DNA from: Saccostrea echinata | Taxonomy: Eukaryota | NCBI RefSeq assembly: GCF_033153115.1 | Contig: NW_026889805.1 | Coordinates: 5,270,001-5,334,000 of the forward strand | DNA length: 64,000 bases | Reading direction: 5' to 3' | Shown here: in pieces, positions 26,301 through 40,029 of the stretch | Position numbering within the stretch: position 1 is the first letter of the stretch | Layout: every line of letters starts with the position of its first letter | Program-made: the position numbers and the translations under genes | The notes under the pieces: model-generated | Databases searched by the model: none | What the model was told of the DNA's origin: nothing | Seen by the model: the letters and a program-made list of their open reading frames with translations, nothing else

Positions 26301-29300
26301 TTGTTTGATTCAAGTGTCTGGATTAAAGCTTAAGTGTGCTGTTATGATGTTGAAAATTTGCAATTTGATATCGTTTTTCCTTTAACTTGTCTGATATACA
26401 TATCTTCAAACAATAACAAAAAAATGAATGTGAAATGCTCCCTCTTACACATCCATGAACAGAGTTGGAATTTATAAATCGTGCATATATTTGACTGGCA
26501 CAAGTGATTAATAAAAATGAACTGAAGTTATTCTGTGTGAATCTACTAGAGAAGTGTGTCCTCTAACTGAATTTTTCTGGGGGATTGTATGTTATTTATC
26601 CTATTTTGTATAATTGTGATAAAGAGTGGAAAATGTTCCCTTGTATGTGAGTAAGTTGAATTTCTCATGGAATATTTTCTCAAGAAGTAAAATTCAAACT
26701 TGCCCCCCGCACTTAATATGTACCAAAGATCTCACGATGAATTGACTTATGTGATAAATTTTTCTCAATAATGTTGTTTTGCACTTGTGCCGATGTGATT
26801 TTTGTGCAACATTTAGGAATTTATAAATGTCCTTCACGTGATCAACAGTCATGAGACATCACAAAAATGCATTATTATAATTCCTTATTACACTTTCATC
26901 ACAAGTTGACTGCAAATTCATACATATATTACAAATTGAAATTAAAATCTAGCTCAAAATAAAATGTATATTTTAATGCCTATTAAGCCTTTGGACAGCC
27001 TTAACATAGCTGCGTCATTCCATCATTCTGTTACTCCATCATTCAGTCAGTTAGATTTCCAGACATTTTTTTCTGCTTTGCTTGTAACCATAAGCAAACA
27101 TATTTTTTCTTTGGCCTATTAGTCACAGGTCAAACTCCATTTTCAATCCTTTACAACTACAAGTCCCTTTCTTTCTAAAGTCCTTCACTAGAAGCGGGGT
27201 CCTTTGATATGAGCACCCTCTCAATGATATCTAGTTTCCACTGTAGTGTTTCTTTTAGGATGATAATGACAAGCATTAATAAACTTCAGGTACCATTAGT
27301 CCTTTCATCATTAGAAGGTCCTTTGTAATCCATGATGATATTAATATTAAGTGATAGAAAACTTCACATAATTAAAAATGCACCACATATAATGATGAGA
27401 ACACAGTGTAAAATCTTTATAAATATGATATATTGTATACATGTATTAATTTATTAACACTTCATACATGTACATATATTCTACTAACGTGAGAGAATTT
27501 TATTATTGTAGGTCATTTATATCATCAGCATTATCATCACGGTAACTTGTTTCACAGCTGGCTTCATGTTCTATCATAAATCTATGTGTAGTTNNNNNNN
27601 NNNNNNNNNNNNNNNNNNNNNNNNNNNNNNNNNNNNNNNNNNNNNNNNNNNNNNNNNNNNNNNNNNNNNNNNNNNNNNNNNNNNNNNNNNNNNNNNNNNN
27701 NNNNNNNNNNNNNNNNNNNNNNNNTATTAGTTAAATTTATGAAGGATCATGGACACGGAACATGACTTTTTACACAATGAGTGACTTAAAAATTTAGCAG
27801 TAGTGTCTCTGCAGTTTGAATCGATAAAATTCTACTGTGGCAACTGTCGAATTTCTTTAGATTGTGTGACTGATTTTTCGTTGCCCTCATATTAGCATCT
27901 GCTTTGAATAATAGCAATTTTGCTTGATTGACCAACATTTCATGCACTGCACAATTTAAGGTATGACACAGTTATGTGAAGTTCTTTCCATTTGTAATTA
28001 TATTTATCAAAGATAATTATACTTTACTCATGTATTTGCATTTTTCTCATTTTTCTTTCTTGCATAATCTAGTCTATTTTTTAAACTCAAGATTAATGTA
28101 ATATGACTTAGAAGTGGCCCCAAATATGCTTGCTTATTTGCATACATTGAGAGAGAGAGAAAAAGGGAGGTAATCCTTAGCGTAATTGCCCTTCTTCATG
28201 TAAGTATATTGATTTTCTTGACTCTACCATGAAATTTTACTTTGCAGAGAACATAGAGCAGGTACGCTTATTAAGACAGGAAGCAGTTCCCTCCACATCT
28301 ACCCCCACTTCACCACCACAACAGAGGCAGGTCACTGTCAAGAGGAGAGACTCTGCTCGCAGACACACCCTAGCCAATGGAGTGGACTATAATATGGTAT
28401 ATTCACGAGATATGTACAATGTATATAAAAACTACATAACAATGCTGTAATCAGTATCAGATTTCCAGATTTATAGTACAGTCAAACCTTGTTATCTCGA
28501 ACTCGATGGGACCAAAAACAAAAAAAAACCTTTGAGACATCCAATGATATTTAGGATAAATAACTTAAAAAATAAGGGTTTGGGACTTCCAAATTACTTC
28601 GACATATCCATGGTATTCGAGATATCATTGTTCAAGATACTGAAGTTAAACTTTAATTTGTGAGTTACTACACAAGATATTAATTACTTATCCTGACTTA
28701 AGTATTATATAGAGAATTCTGAATTATACATGTATCCAGAAGTTGAAAATTGTTGTATACAGATTAAAAGGATGAAACAATTGGAGCAAGAGAAAGACAG
28801 TTTACTGAAAGGTTTAGACATGGTGGAGCAAGCGAGGGGGTGGTACCACCGACAGGTGGTGGCAGTGGAGGAGAAACAAAAGTACATAGGCCACACCTCA
28901 TATCATGTGAGTATACAGTACATAGGCCACACCTCATATCATGTGAGTATATAGTACGGTACATAGGTCATACCTCATATCATATGAGTATACAGTACAT
29001 AGGCCACACCTCAAATCATGTGAGTATACAGTACATAGGCCACACCTCATATCATGTGAGTATACAGTACATACCACACCTCATATCATGTGAGTATCGG
29101 TACATACCACACCTCATATCATGTGAGTTTACATTACCTGGGTCACACCTCATATCATGTGAGTATACAGTACATAGGCCACACCTCATACCATGTGATT
29201 ATACAGTACATAGGCCACAACTCATATCATGTGAGTGTACTATACAGTACATATAGGCCACACCTCATATCGTTCGAGTATACAGTACATAGGCCACACC

Positions 29301-32300
29301 TCATATCATGTGAGTATACAGCACATAGGCCACACCTCATATCATGTGAGTATATAGTACCGTACATAGGTCATACCTCATATCATGTAAGTATACAGTA
29401 CATACCACACCTCAAATCATGTGAGTATACAGTACATAGGCCACACCTCATATCATGTGAGTATACAGTACATAGGATGCCTCAAATCATGTGAGTATAC
29501 AGTACATAGGCCACACCTCATATCATTTGAGAATACATAGGCCATGCAAGGCATATAGCATTGTTTTCCAAAGGAGGGGAGGGGGAAAATATTGACAACA
29601 TACTGAAAAAAATTGACAAAAGTTAAAGAAGGAAAAATTGCCCAGACTTGAAATTCCTATTTTGGGGGAGGAAGGGTTGTCGGTTCCATCAGTTTTTTCG
29701 AGATATTACATTAGTGTCTGAGGATTGGACCATACAGCAACAAGAAATAGAAGGGGCACTTGTCTAACAATGAAAATTTCCATATTAAAGAAGATGGGTG
29801 AACATGACGAGCAAAAAGCCTATAGTGTGACAAACATGAAGGTAAAAAATTAAATCTCAATTATATCAAAATTTTCCTTGATATTTCATCTAACATTAAA
29901 ATATACTTTAAGTAAAATCTCTACAATTGGCAAAAATCTCACAACGATAAAATTATTTGCTTATGAAATATTATACACACCCTAAAGAGGCCAAAAAGAG
30001 CCATTTTCTCATACTATAAAACTATTTTTCGATATGAGTGGGTCTTCGCTCCATTTTTTTTAAAGTTAATCTTCATAGTTTGCATAAAAATAAACATTTT
30101 TTGGTCAACAAAAATATGGAGCAAAGACCCACTACACCTTAAAAATATACTTTTATGACATAACAGTCGCATCTTTTCAAGAAATACTTGAAGTCCATTA
30201 AGTCGAGGGTCATATCTCAAACATGATTTAAATGCCACTATTCATCACGACTTGTGTAGTCTAGTGGTTAGCGCGCTAGTCTTGAAAGAAAATTATCCTC
30301 AGGATTTTATTGCTAGGGTTCGAGCCACACGAATACCATATTATTTTTTAATAAAAGAATAAATTTTGCCGAGAAAATTTTCCTCAGAAAAGTTTTGTTT
30401 ATCATGATTTTATAAATTTCAATAATAAGAACTTTACTCTAAATAAAATTCACAAATTGAACATGACTTTTATATATCTGAAGGTATAGGCTTTCTGCAC
30501 GCTATGTTCGCCCATCTCCTTAACAGCAAAATATTACTCTTGTAATAAAAAGTGGTTGGTTGGGGAAGATCAGGAGCAAAGTTTCTGACCCTACTCCCCA
30601 TCATGACAGCTCAAGCTTGCAGTGATTTGATGTCATATTCCATTATGACATAATATCTTGATAGTGCTTGAAGACATCACAAAACTAAGGATCATTATTC
30701 TATTTATTGCTTTTACAAAGTTTCAAATCCAAGTGCTACTTTTCTCATCCTTTGTTACAAGTACAAACCATTAGAGCTACAGTGTCATCAGAGACTTCCG
30801 GTTATTATTTCTTCTGAATTATGTTGTAAACTAAAGAGAATTATTGCTATAGACATTATCAATACAATGAAAAGTAAAGAAAACTATCAAAACTTTTTCA
30901 AGATTAAAAAGAAGTCAAAATTTATCAACAATATAAAGCTACATAGATAAAGTTTATGAAAAGGTTCCTCCTGTCTCTTCATCCTACATGCATTGACTAG
31001 AGATAAAATTATCTGACTATGAGAAGCCAATTTGTACATGTTTTTAGCCTGAAGTCATTAACTTGAATGGAAATTGATTTTTATAAAGACTAAAACCAAT
31101 CTTGGCCCTTGAGGTCTGTGCCCCATTTAAAATGAGGTCATCCTTTGATACGACACTAAATACTAACATACACAGCATAGCATTAAAACATACATATCAA
31201 GGCAATGCTGATTCAAAAAAAGTGTCATAAATGTCAGCCATATTAGATGCAGAAGCGTCTTTCTTGGTGTTAAATGATGCTAGGATACATTGTTTGTTAG
31301 TATAAAGTTTATTTTAACTTTTTAATAAATATGATTTTACTCAGAAATAATGTATAAAAATTGAGTAAAAACTTGGATGAAATGTTTTCATCACTTTAAG
31401 TACATTTTCATCACTTTAAGTACCTTAGTATGAAAAGTCTTTGTAAATGTGATTTTTTTTTTTCAGGACTACAACCTAGAGGCTAACCAGGAGAGGATGA
31501 ACTTCCAGTCTGCTAGGATTATGGAAGTCAATCAGCAACTCAAGACTCTCATAGAGAGTTCTGAGAGGGTAAGTTCTATTGGGGTTTTATGCAGAAAATT
31601 CTCCAAAGGTACTCTCTGTTTTGAACTGAAGTTATACATAAAAAAATCTATTGATAAGCTTTATAGATATGGGAATTAAATATGATGTAATAAAATTATA
31701 AAAGTTTCATATTTCATATATAAAATAATAAGAGGTTGAGGAAAGTAAAATAGACATTACAGGGACCAGTCAGCCTATAAAAGAGCCAATATATTTTCAG
31801 TATTGTAATATAAGCTTATAAGGGTACTGTGAATCATCAGTGTCCCTGGGGTACCAATGTTCGTGGATTGTGTGGGTTACTCTTATCCCTGTGTAGTGTG
31901 TACAATAACTTTGATGATGTATCTGTTGTATCTTTTAACCATAAAAATTAAGCCCCCACAAACCAGTAAAATTTTACATTCCTCCCCACCCCAACCCCCC
32001 AGAACTTTAAATGATTCCACAATACGTGTTTCATAGATTAACTTGCAGTCTTCAAAACTTTTCTCCATTGTTTTGTTAGGGTTTTCCACTCCACATGAAT
32101 TTGGCTGTAGGGCCTTCCAGTGCTCTAAGGGAAGATACCACATCTATGAAAACTCTTCAGGATGACCAGAAGCAACTCAGAAAGGTGAGACTTGTTCTAT
32201 GCTTTCCAGCCAGGAGCTTACGAGGGGCTCACAGAGTCTACAACCTTTTGTTTCGAAGAGATCAATTTGATTTTTAGCTGAACCTCGATGAAATCAATAA

Positions 32301-33930
32301 AAGCTTGTGCTTTCCCCCTTGGTGTTGGCGCCAGTGTCCCAGTTTAAGTTTTTCAAACAAGTCCATTTCCAAGGAACTATAAGCCCTACCTTGACCATAC
32401 TTGCATGGATGATGCATTTAGGGATGCACACTACAAGACTTGCTTTGGATGCTAGATCTGACCTACATTTTCTGGGTGATTATGTGAAAGTTTTTTGAGC
32501 TAGTTCATTCCCTAGTAACTATAAGCCCAACCTACACTAAATTGTATGGATGATGCATCAAGGGATACCCACTTCCAGACATGCTGGGGATGCTGGATAT
32601 GACCTACATTTTCTGGATGAGTGACCAGGTTAAAGTTTTTTGAGCAGGTCCATTGGCAAGTAACTATAAGCCATACCTTGACCAAACCTGTGTGGATGAT
32701 GCATCTAGGAATGCACACTACCAGACATGCTTTGGATGCTGGATCTGACGTACCTATATTTTCTGGATGAATGACCATGTCAAGGTTTTTGGAGCAGATC
32801 CATTACCAATTAATTATAAGTCCAACCTAGACCAAATTTGCATGGATGATGCATCTAGGGATGCACACCACCAGACATGTTTCAGTTGCTCTATCTCATC
32901 TACTTTTCTAAAAGTGACCAGGTTAAAGTTTGTGGAGCAGATCCATTCTAGTATAATTATAAACCCTATCTGGACCAAATTTGCATGGATGATGCATCCA
33001 GGGGTTTACATTTCCAGTTAGCTTCAGATGCTGGGTCTGACCTACACTTTCTGGATGAGTCTTAGGAATGCACACTTACTCTGGATGCTGGATCTAACCA
33101 ACAGCAGTTGGAGCAGTTTTAATTGCAAGTAACTATAACCAAACCTAGACCAACCTTGCATGGATTATGCACCTAGGAATGCACACTACCAGACTTGCTT
33201 CGGATGCTGAATCTTATATACATGTACATTTACTGAAGAAGGTTTATTCACAAGTAGCTATAAGTACAACTTAGACTAGCCTTGCATAGATGATGCATTT
33301 AGGGATGCACACTACAGATTTATTACAGATCATGACATGCTTGAGCCTTTATCTGACGTACATTTTCCAGGTGAATGAACAAGTTAAACATTTAGAGCAG
33401 GTCCATTTTAGCCATGCTGTCACTGAACTTGCATTGATTATGCATGTTACTAGGGATGCACATTACCAGAATATTTGATTAATGTGAGATTTAGTCTTAC
33501 TTATAGGCAACATTGATTGAGGTAAACTTTTTAATCTTTGATTACCTATGTTAAAAACTAAAAAAAAAAAAAGTAGAATTTTTAGTTCTCTAAAAAAAAA
33601 AAATGCAGGTTTTTTTAACAATAATTTTATAACTCAACAGAATAAACTGATATTTTCATGGTGATTTTTTTTTTTTGCCAAACAATTAAAATTTTTTTTT
33701 CATTTACCAGACAAGAAAATAATTGAAATGGCAGATGCTGTCAGGATATTTGATTTGGTGTAGGGTTACTGTGTGGGAAATCTGCTCATTGATTAAGATT
33801 TCTTTTTTAGGAACTCCGAGAGAAGTCAGATAAGATTGTACAGCTAGAGAAAGAGAAAGCCTCACTGATAAGGGACCTGTTTGAGGCTCGTGCCAAGGGA
33901 AAGAACCATGACGATACAACGTTCATGTAA
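23316..33930 (+). CDS. SAPCD2: Suppressor APC domain-containing protein 2 homologue (~478 aa, 6 coding exons)
   Basis: Exons 23316-24132, 28248-28396, 28763-28906, 31467-31568, 32080-32184, 33811-33930, all GT-AG and phase-consistent. Motifs GLPKQFISSLKVLFDILD...GYLSFDRFVAGL, RRHTLANGVDYNMIKRMKQLEQEKD..ARGWY and LEKEKASLIRDLFEAR..DDTTFM match SAPCD2. Confidence 0.93.
24196..24349. mobile_element. Small hairpin MITE
   Basis: ~35-bp imperfect inverted repeats ggcacctaatttgcaagtctcgtc / gacgagacttgcaaataaggtgcc. Confidence 0.65.
27594..27724. other. Assembly gap (131 N)
   Basis: Run of N in SAPCD2 intron 1. Confidence 1.
28479..28653. mobile_element. Tc1/mariner-type MITE (same family as 7250-7413)
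   Basis: Begins ta|cagtcaaaccttgttatctcgaactcgatgggac, the reverse complement of the right end of 7250-7413. Confidence 0.6.
28881..29543 (+). repeat. ~18-copy 36-bp minisatellite made of the SAPCD2 exon-3 end plus its 5' splice site
   Basis: Unit tacataggccacacctcatatcat|gtgagtatacag; the first copy is the true exon end (donor at 28907). Confidence 0.95.
29790..30519. mobile_element. Kolobok-like (TTAA-flanked) non-autonomous element containing a tRNA-like segment
   Basis: TIRs gaagatgggtgaacatgacgagcaaaaagcctata / tataggctttctgcacgctatgttcgcccatctcc; flanks (t)taaa and ttaa. Confidence 0.7.
31826..32023. mobile_element. Degenerate TA-flanked MITE
   Basis: tactgtgaatcat ... atgattccacaata termini. 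Confidence 0.45.
32270..33552 (+). mobile_element. HINE-like element with a ~142-150-bp internal tandem array (~8 copies)
   Basis: Starts tttttagctgaacctcgatg. The unit aactataag...ttgcatggatgatgcatctagggatgcacac...gctggatctgacctaca is repeated. Ends with a subTIR and palindrome, ...attacctatgtt. Confidence 0.7.
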
Positions 33931-36143
33931 CCTAAATTTGTGTTCACAAGTGCCAAAGAGAGAGTATTTTTCACACTGCACAAGTTTTAAACCATAGTCA
34001 GTATGTCATATATATGCATCGATAAAATTTGAAGTCTTATTTTGGGGAATCCAAAGAAAGCACACAAAATAGTACTATCGTTTTTTCATTGTTAGGCCGA
34101 ACTTTTAGTAGACTAAGGAAACCCAAGTGGACGACCTTTTAATTTGGTAGAACCTTATTTACTGCTAGTAATGGTCGTACAGAATATTAACTCTCTTTCA
34201 ATAGAGCTCTATGACAAAGGTTAAATAAGTATGTAGTGTTTAAACATTGTATGTCCAAAGGCCTATTGTCACAGTTCTAAACTCTTGAAATTCATAAAAG
34301 TTAAACAGGTAGCATAAGAATCTAGAGTCAAATACATGAAAGTTTAAGTATTCAGTTCTTTTCTTTTTGTATAAGTTGGCATTTAACAATTAGAGCTAAT
34401 ATGTGTCCACTGTAGGAATAATATGTCTTTAATTTTGTATCTTACATTAAAGTAAACCTTCATACATTGGAAATCATAAGAAATAACTTGTCACTTTGAC
34501 AGATTAATCCATCCTTATATAGGACATGTAAAGTATCTGTTAGAGCTCAGTATTATTCACAAACATTCCATGACAGAAAACCTGATATTACAACTTTATG
34601 TGGAGATATTAAGATACAACAAATTGTGTACCCAAGTGTGTTCACTTACAGCAAAAGTATGTTGTGTATTACATATCTAATTTATAATACAACTAATATG
34701 TAGTTAATATTCCTTTTATTTTTATTTATCTAAGTTTGAAAATCAAACCAATGTCTCAGCCCTTTGAATATTTTACTGATTGATTTAGATTTATACAGTG
34801 TCATTAATTATGTGACAGAGTTACATGTAATTTAAGGAGGAGATCACTCTGTAATATTCACAACCAAATTTTTAGAATGCATAGAGCAAAATGAGATCAT
34901 TATGTTTTTTTACTATGACATAAAATATTTTTCTTAAAGACATTATTCTTTTTTGAATGTATACATGGGATTTATTTGTACAGATTGTAATTTGGAAAAG
35001 TCAAATTGAACAGCTTTACATTTATTGAAGACCACACTATCAATTAAACAGAGGTTTTCTATTTTAAGATATATGTATAAATTGTGAAACTGGAGCATTT
35101 GTATATTGTGCAGTCATTATTTACTAGACTATTAATATTTTTGTTTTTTTTTAATCAAGATTGATGACCTGTTTACTTATGTTTTTATACAAAAATGTTA
35201 TATAGTATTTGTAATGATCTCACTTTATTTGTATATGATGTACATTCCAGAGTATAAAACAAGATTTTGTATCTGATTGAGTTTGTTGAATTGCAGACAT
35301 TTGTAATAGAAGAAAAGTATAAAAAGTGTGTGTGATGGTGTGAGGGAGGGGGGCATACTTTGAGGTAATGGATTTTGTGACCTTAGAGAATATCAGCAGT
35401 AAAAAGATTACAGCCAACTTGCAGTACAAGACAAAAAAGGCCACAAATAAATAAATAAAAAGAAAACAAAGAGAGAGAGAGAGACAATCTCTTTTAGCGA
35501 ACCAAAAAAGGGGACATAATAATGGGGAAATTATTTGTGAAAAATTATATAGCAGCAGACGAGGGGGGATATAAAGATCTGTCCATACAAGTTTACTACT
35601 GAAACAAGATGTGTTTGAGAAACAATGATGACCCCGTATGTGAGCTCAAAGCCAAGATTAAAGTTGGTCAAGCTCAAAGGTCAAGAGTTCAAAAATCTTG
35701 ATACCCAATAAAAGGTCTTGTCACAAGGAATACACATATAATATACTAGTATAATACACTGTAGCCCTAGTGCCAACCATTCAGAGAATATGGCCAAGGT
35801 TAAAGTTTTTTTTTTTTTTTTTTTAAAGTAGGTCATACTCCAAGGTCAATGTCATGAGGACAAAAAAATAATAGCAACAAGGAATGCATATGTGAAATAT
35901 GAAAGCCTTAGCAGCAACTGTTCAAAAGTTATAGGCAAGTTAATGTTTTTTTTCCAAATGTCAAAACTCCAAGGTCATGAAGTCAAAATTTTGGTACCCA
36001 AGGAAAGGCCTTATTACATGGAAGATAAATGTGATATATGAAAGTCCTAGTTTCCACCGTTCAAAAGTTATGCCCAATGTTAAAGTTTTTTTCCAAATGT
36101 AGGTCAAACGCAAAGATCAAGGTCGAAGGTTAAAAAAAAAACA

Positions 36144-37456
36144 AACAAGAATTATGTCCATAGGACATGAATGCCCCGCCGAGGGTATATTAGTAATCCA
36201 ACATGAAATTAGTATTCGTGTATGAAATTTGATGAGAACATCTTGAATACTAGTAGTTTCTTTAAAATTGAAATCTAAAAAGTTTGATATAGATGATAAA
36301 TTCTCACCAAATTATGTATAAGTGCATAAGCTTACATAAAGATATCTTAAATGATTTCTTTAAAACTTAGCAAAATGCAAATATAAGAAAAGTGAGGTCA
36401 AGGTCACAAGAAAGTTCAAGGTCAAACATTTTTGATGCAGTTGAATAGTTCTCACAAACACGCATCAGCATATTAAGTTTGATAAAAATATTTTGAATAG
36501 TTTATTTAAAACAGAGCTAACAATTAACTTAAAATAAATGAAATTAAGGTCAAAGGAAAGGTGAAAGGTCAAGGTCAAAAAATGTTGATGCAGTTGAAAA
36601 GCTTACATTAGTATGTATTAACATATGAAGTTTGATAAAAATATTATGAATGGTTTCTTTAAAACTGAGTTAAACAGAAATTGACAAAAGTAAGGTCAAG
36701 GGCAAATGAAAGGTCAAGGTAATAAATGTTGATGCAGTTGAAAAGCTTACATCAGTATGTTTCAGCATATGAAGTTTGACACTAATTTAAGAAAAGTGAG
36801 ACCAAGGTCAAAGGAAAGGTCAAGGTCAAAAACTGCTGATGCAGTTGAATAGCTCTCATCAGTATGTATCAGCATATGAAGTTTGATAACACTATCCTGA
36901 ATGGTTTCTTTAAAACTGAGCTAAACACTAATTTAAGAAAGGTGAGGTCAAGATCAAAGGAGAGGTCAAGGTCAAAAAATGCTGATGCAGTTGAATAGCT
37001 CTCATCAGTATGTATCAGCATATGAAGTTTGATAACACTATCCTGAATGGTTTCTTTAAAATTGAGCTAAACACTAATTTAAGAAAAGTGAGGTCAATAG
37101 AGAGGTCAAGGTCAAAAAATGTTGATGCAGTTGAATAGCACTCATCAGTATGTATTAGCATATGAAGTTTGATAAAAATATCCTGAACGATTTCTTTAAA
37201 ACTGAGCTAAACACTAATTCAAGAAAAGTGAGGTCAAGGTCAAAAGAAAGGTCAAGGTCAAAAAATGTTGATGCAGTCGATAGCTCTCATCAATATCTAT
37301 ATGCATAAGAAGTTTAATAAAAATATCTTGGATAGTTTCTTTTAAACTGAGCTTAACGCAAAGCGCGACGGAAGGACAGACGGAATGATGGAAGGACGGA
37401 AGACGGACATGACAAACACTATATGCCCCGGCCATATTCATGGCGGGGCATAAAAA
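36144..37456 (-). mobile_element. Nested HINE with 146-bp tandem repeats (~7 copies)
   Basis: End palindrome atgtccataggacat plus subTIR atgccccgcc (36171); the opposite subTIR ggcggggcat (37442) has its IR atgccccggcc; (ggac/ggaa) microsatellite; period 146 (36841 and 36987); inserted in an A-run. Confidence 0.85.
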
Positions 37457-37550
37457 TGTTGGTTCTCGAAGAAAGGTCTTGACACATTGGATACACATGT
37501 GAAATATAAAAGCCCTAGCTTCAACCGTTCAAAATTATGGCCAAGATTAA

Positions 37551-37868
37551 GGTCAGACGGCACGTTCCTCAGATATCTGCTTTTGTGTTTCTTTGTAATT
37601 TATTACATATATTTATAGTTATTGTTATCTTGTTATTTCTAAACTGTTTTTATAATATCTTTTAAAAATAAAGACTAAAAAAATTGTGATATAAGCTATT
37701 CAATTTATTTAAGAAAGGATTATATAGGAAACACCATCCTCCGATACCTTCAAAAAATCCCTGGTAAGCTACCTCAATTTTTTGCGAGGAAACTTGTTAA
37801 AGTAGAAATACTTCAATAACAAATTATTGGGAAAAAATATGTATTATTGAGGAACGTGTCGTCTGACC
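37551..37868. mobile_element. Kolobok-like MITE with TTAA TSD
   Basis: ttaa|ggtcagacggcacgttcctca ... tgaggaacgtgtcgtctgacc|ttaa. Confidence 0.88.
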
Positions 37869-40029
37869 TTAAGCTTTGGTGAATGTTTGCAAAAGTAGGT
37901 CAAACTTTAAGGTCAAGGTCAATAGGTCAAATAAGTTGGTACCCAAAGAAAGGTTTTGTCACAAGGAATGCAGAATTTAAATATGAAAACCACAACACCA
38001 ACAGTTCAAAAGTTATAGGAAATGTTAAAGTTTTTTGGTCAAATAGATTAACAGACAGACAGCTAGACGGACCAAAACTAAATGCTCCCGAATCTCCGAT
38101 TACGGAGGCATAAATATTACAAAATCCCCCTCCCCCTATTGAAAGCATATTAACAGACTGTCTGACTTTTGTAATGCTGACAAAGTATGGTATATATACG
38201 AAGATCCTGCCAAAATATGTGTACAGATAAAATGCTCTGTGATCCTGAAACCTCGCCATGTGTCGAGAACTAAGACCTCAGCTTAAACACTATCTTGAGA
38301 ATAAAAGAAGAAAGGATTATGGGCTTATTATAGCTGGTGATGGTTTTGAGGATGTAAATCATGACAGCACCAGCTCCACTATCTCTTGTTTTCTGAAATC
38401 AAGTGCGATCAATGCAGGTTTACACCCATAATTCGATTAAGTTGTTATGAAAACGTTGTTTTCCTGTATATTAACTTCTCACTTTAAAACAATAATGATA
38501 TTTTGAATTTTGAAAATTAAGTAATCACACATCATTGCAGGACCGTCCAAGTTTCTGGAAAGGGTGGGTGGGGGTTACGGGGGAGTGTACCTGCTCTTAG
38601 CCAGCAGATTTTTTTAAAAAGTTTTTTAAGAACGAGTGTATGCCAGAACTGTTTGTTTAGTTTTGTTAATGGCAAAGATAAGATTAATACGTCTAGTATT
38701 TTATATATACAAGTAATTAAGAAACTTGAAAGTCACATAATTAAACAACTAACTGCGAGCTAGTGCAGAAGTGAAATGAATCTACTGCAATCTTTGTTAC
38801 CAAGTGTCTCTTATGTCGGGAGGGAGCGGATCAGATTCAATGTTCATCTAGCAAACATGAACAAAGGTATAAAAATGAGCATGTACCTAAGACTTGCATG
38901 TTGTACATGTATATAAATATATAAATCAATGCAAGAATCAAGGTTTTAAATATATCTTATATGGTACGCAAAAAAATGAATTAACGATTGTATGCTAAAT
39001 ATGAATTGCTTTGAATCCGTTGTCTGCTATACCAGGGGTATGTCAGTTAATAAGCGACTCAATCGATGGTTCAATTCTTATTTCGTAGCTATAGTAAATC
39101 TGAGTAACTATCGTTTACATCCTATATTCTTTAACGAGACATAAATAGTTTTCTGCGCAAACGATACTTTTAATTCCGTTTTCATGAATTATTATCGAAA
39201 ACGAACATATCAGTTTTCTCGGTAAGGTAAAATTATTTTTGATTTGGTCGTTGCACACAAACGTTGCTTGTATTTAATCCACCGAAAGAAAATAAGCGCG
39301 GTTGACAAAACTTGGCAAGGAATCGATTGTTTAACGCGTGTATTTGCACGTGAAAATAACTCCCTTTAACTGTTTAAACGCATAAAACACGTATATACAT
39401 GAAGCAAGAGCTTACAAGGGAGGCGAACAAAAATAAAAAGCTTGCATGTATAACACCTTAACCAAAAACTCAAATAAAAAAGAATCTACGGTAGCTATGT
39501 CAAATTATGTTCTGTTTCTCTCAGAGCTCAACATAGCCTCTCGGCAATAAATTGGAAACGTTCAATCTTTCCGCCAGTACTCTTTGTTTTTGCCTTCCTC
39601 GAGTTTGGAGAAAATTGATATTTTATCGATTCAGCAACTGAAGAATGCCCGCCGAGTGTTTTGCGCTGCGTTATGTGATTAGCATTGCTGCGAGAAGCAG
39701 TTTCAAGAAAACCGAGTGTTATTTTTAACTGCACAAAGGTTTTTTTTTTTTTGTAATCATGGTTTTCTGATCAAACATGCATAATAATGCAGAAAATATA
39801 TTAAATCTTTCATCGGTATTGTAGATCAAATGCAATTTGAGCTGTCTATTCATCAAATGAAAAATAAGGTCATGCAACTCGTTCCCTAGCACGTTAATAA
39901 TATCTTCTTTTTATCCAAAATAATTTTATTTCGCAGGTTATTACGCGACTGAGAAAGCAGTATTTTGGGTCTGGTATTTTCTTGATGATCTTATAATTTC
40001 CAATATCTTTTCGGTTACATATCTGATGC

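Larger units (their letters stand above)
35603..38115 (-). mobile_element. Outer HINE/pearl-like element with ~140-bp aaggtcaaggtca-type repeats
   Basis: Ends are aacaagatgtgtttgagaaaca and a (gaca)n microsatellite plus atgctcccgaatctccgattacggaggcataaa; interrupted by two nested insertions. Confidence 0.7.

Noticed and set aside
28840-29494. Repetitive ORFs (HRPHLISCEY / YIGHTSYHVSIQ)
   Set aside because: These are translations of the 36-bp intronic minisatellite; only the first unit is certainly coding.
30252-30332. Functional tRNA gene
   Set aside because: A and B boxes are present, but the acceptor, anticodon and T stems do not pair properly; reported only as tRNA-like.
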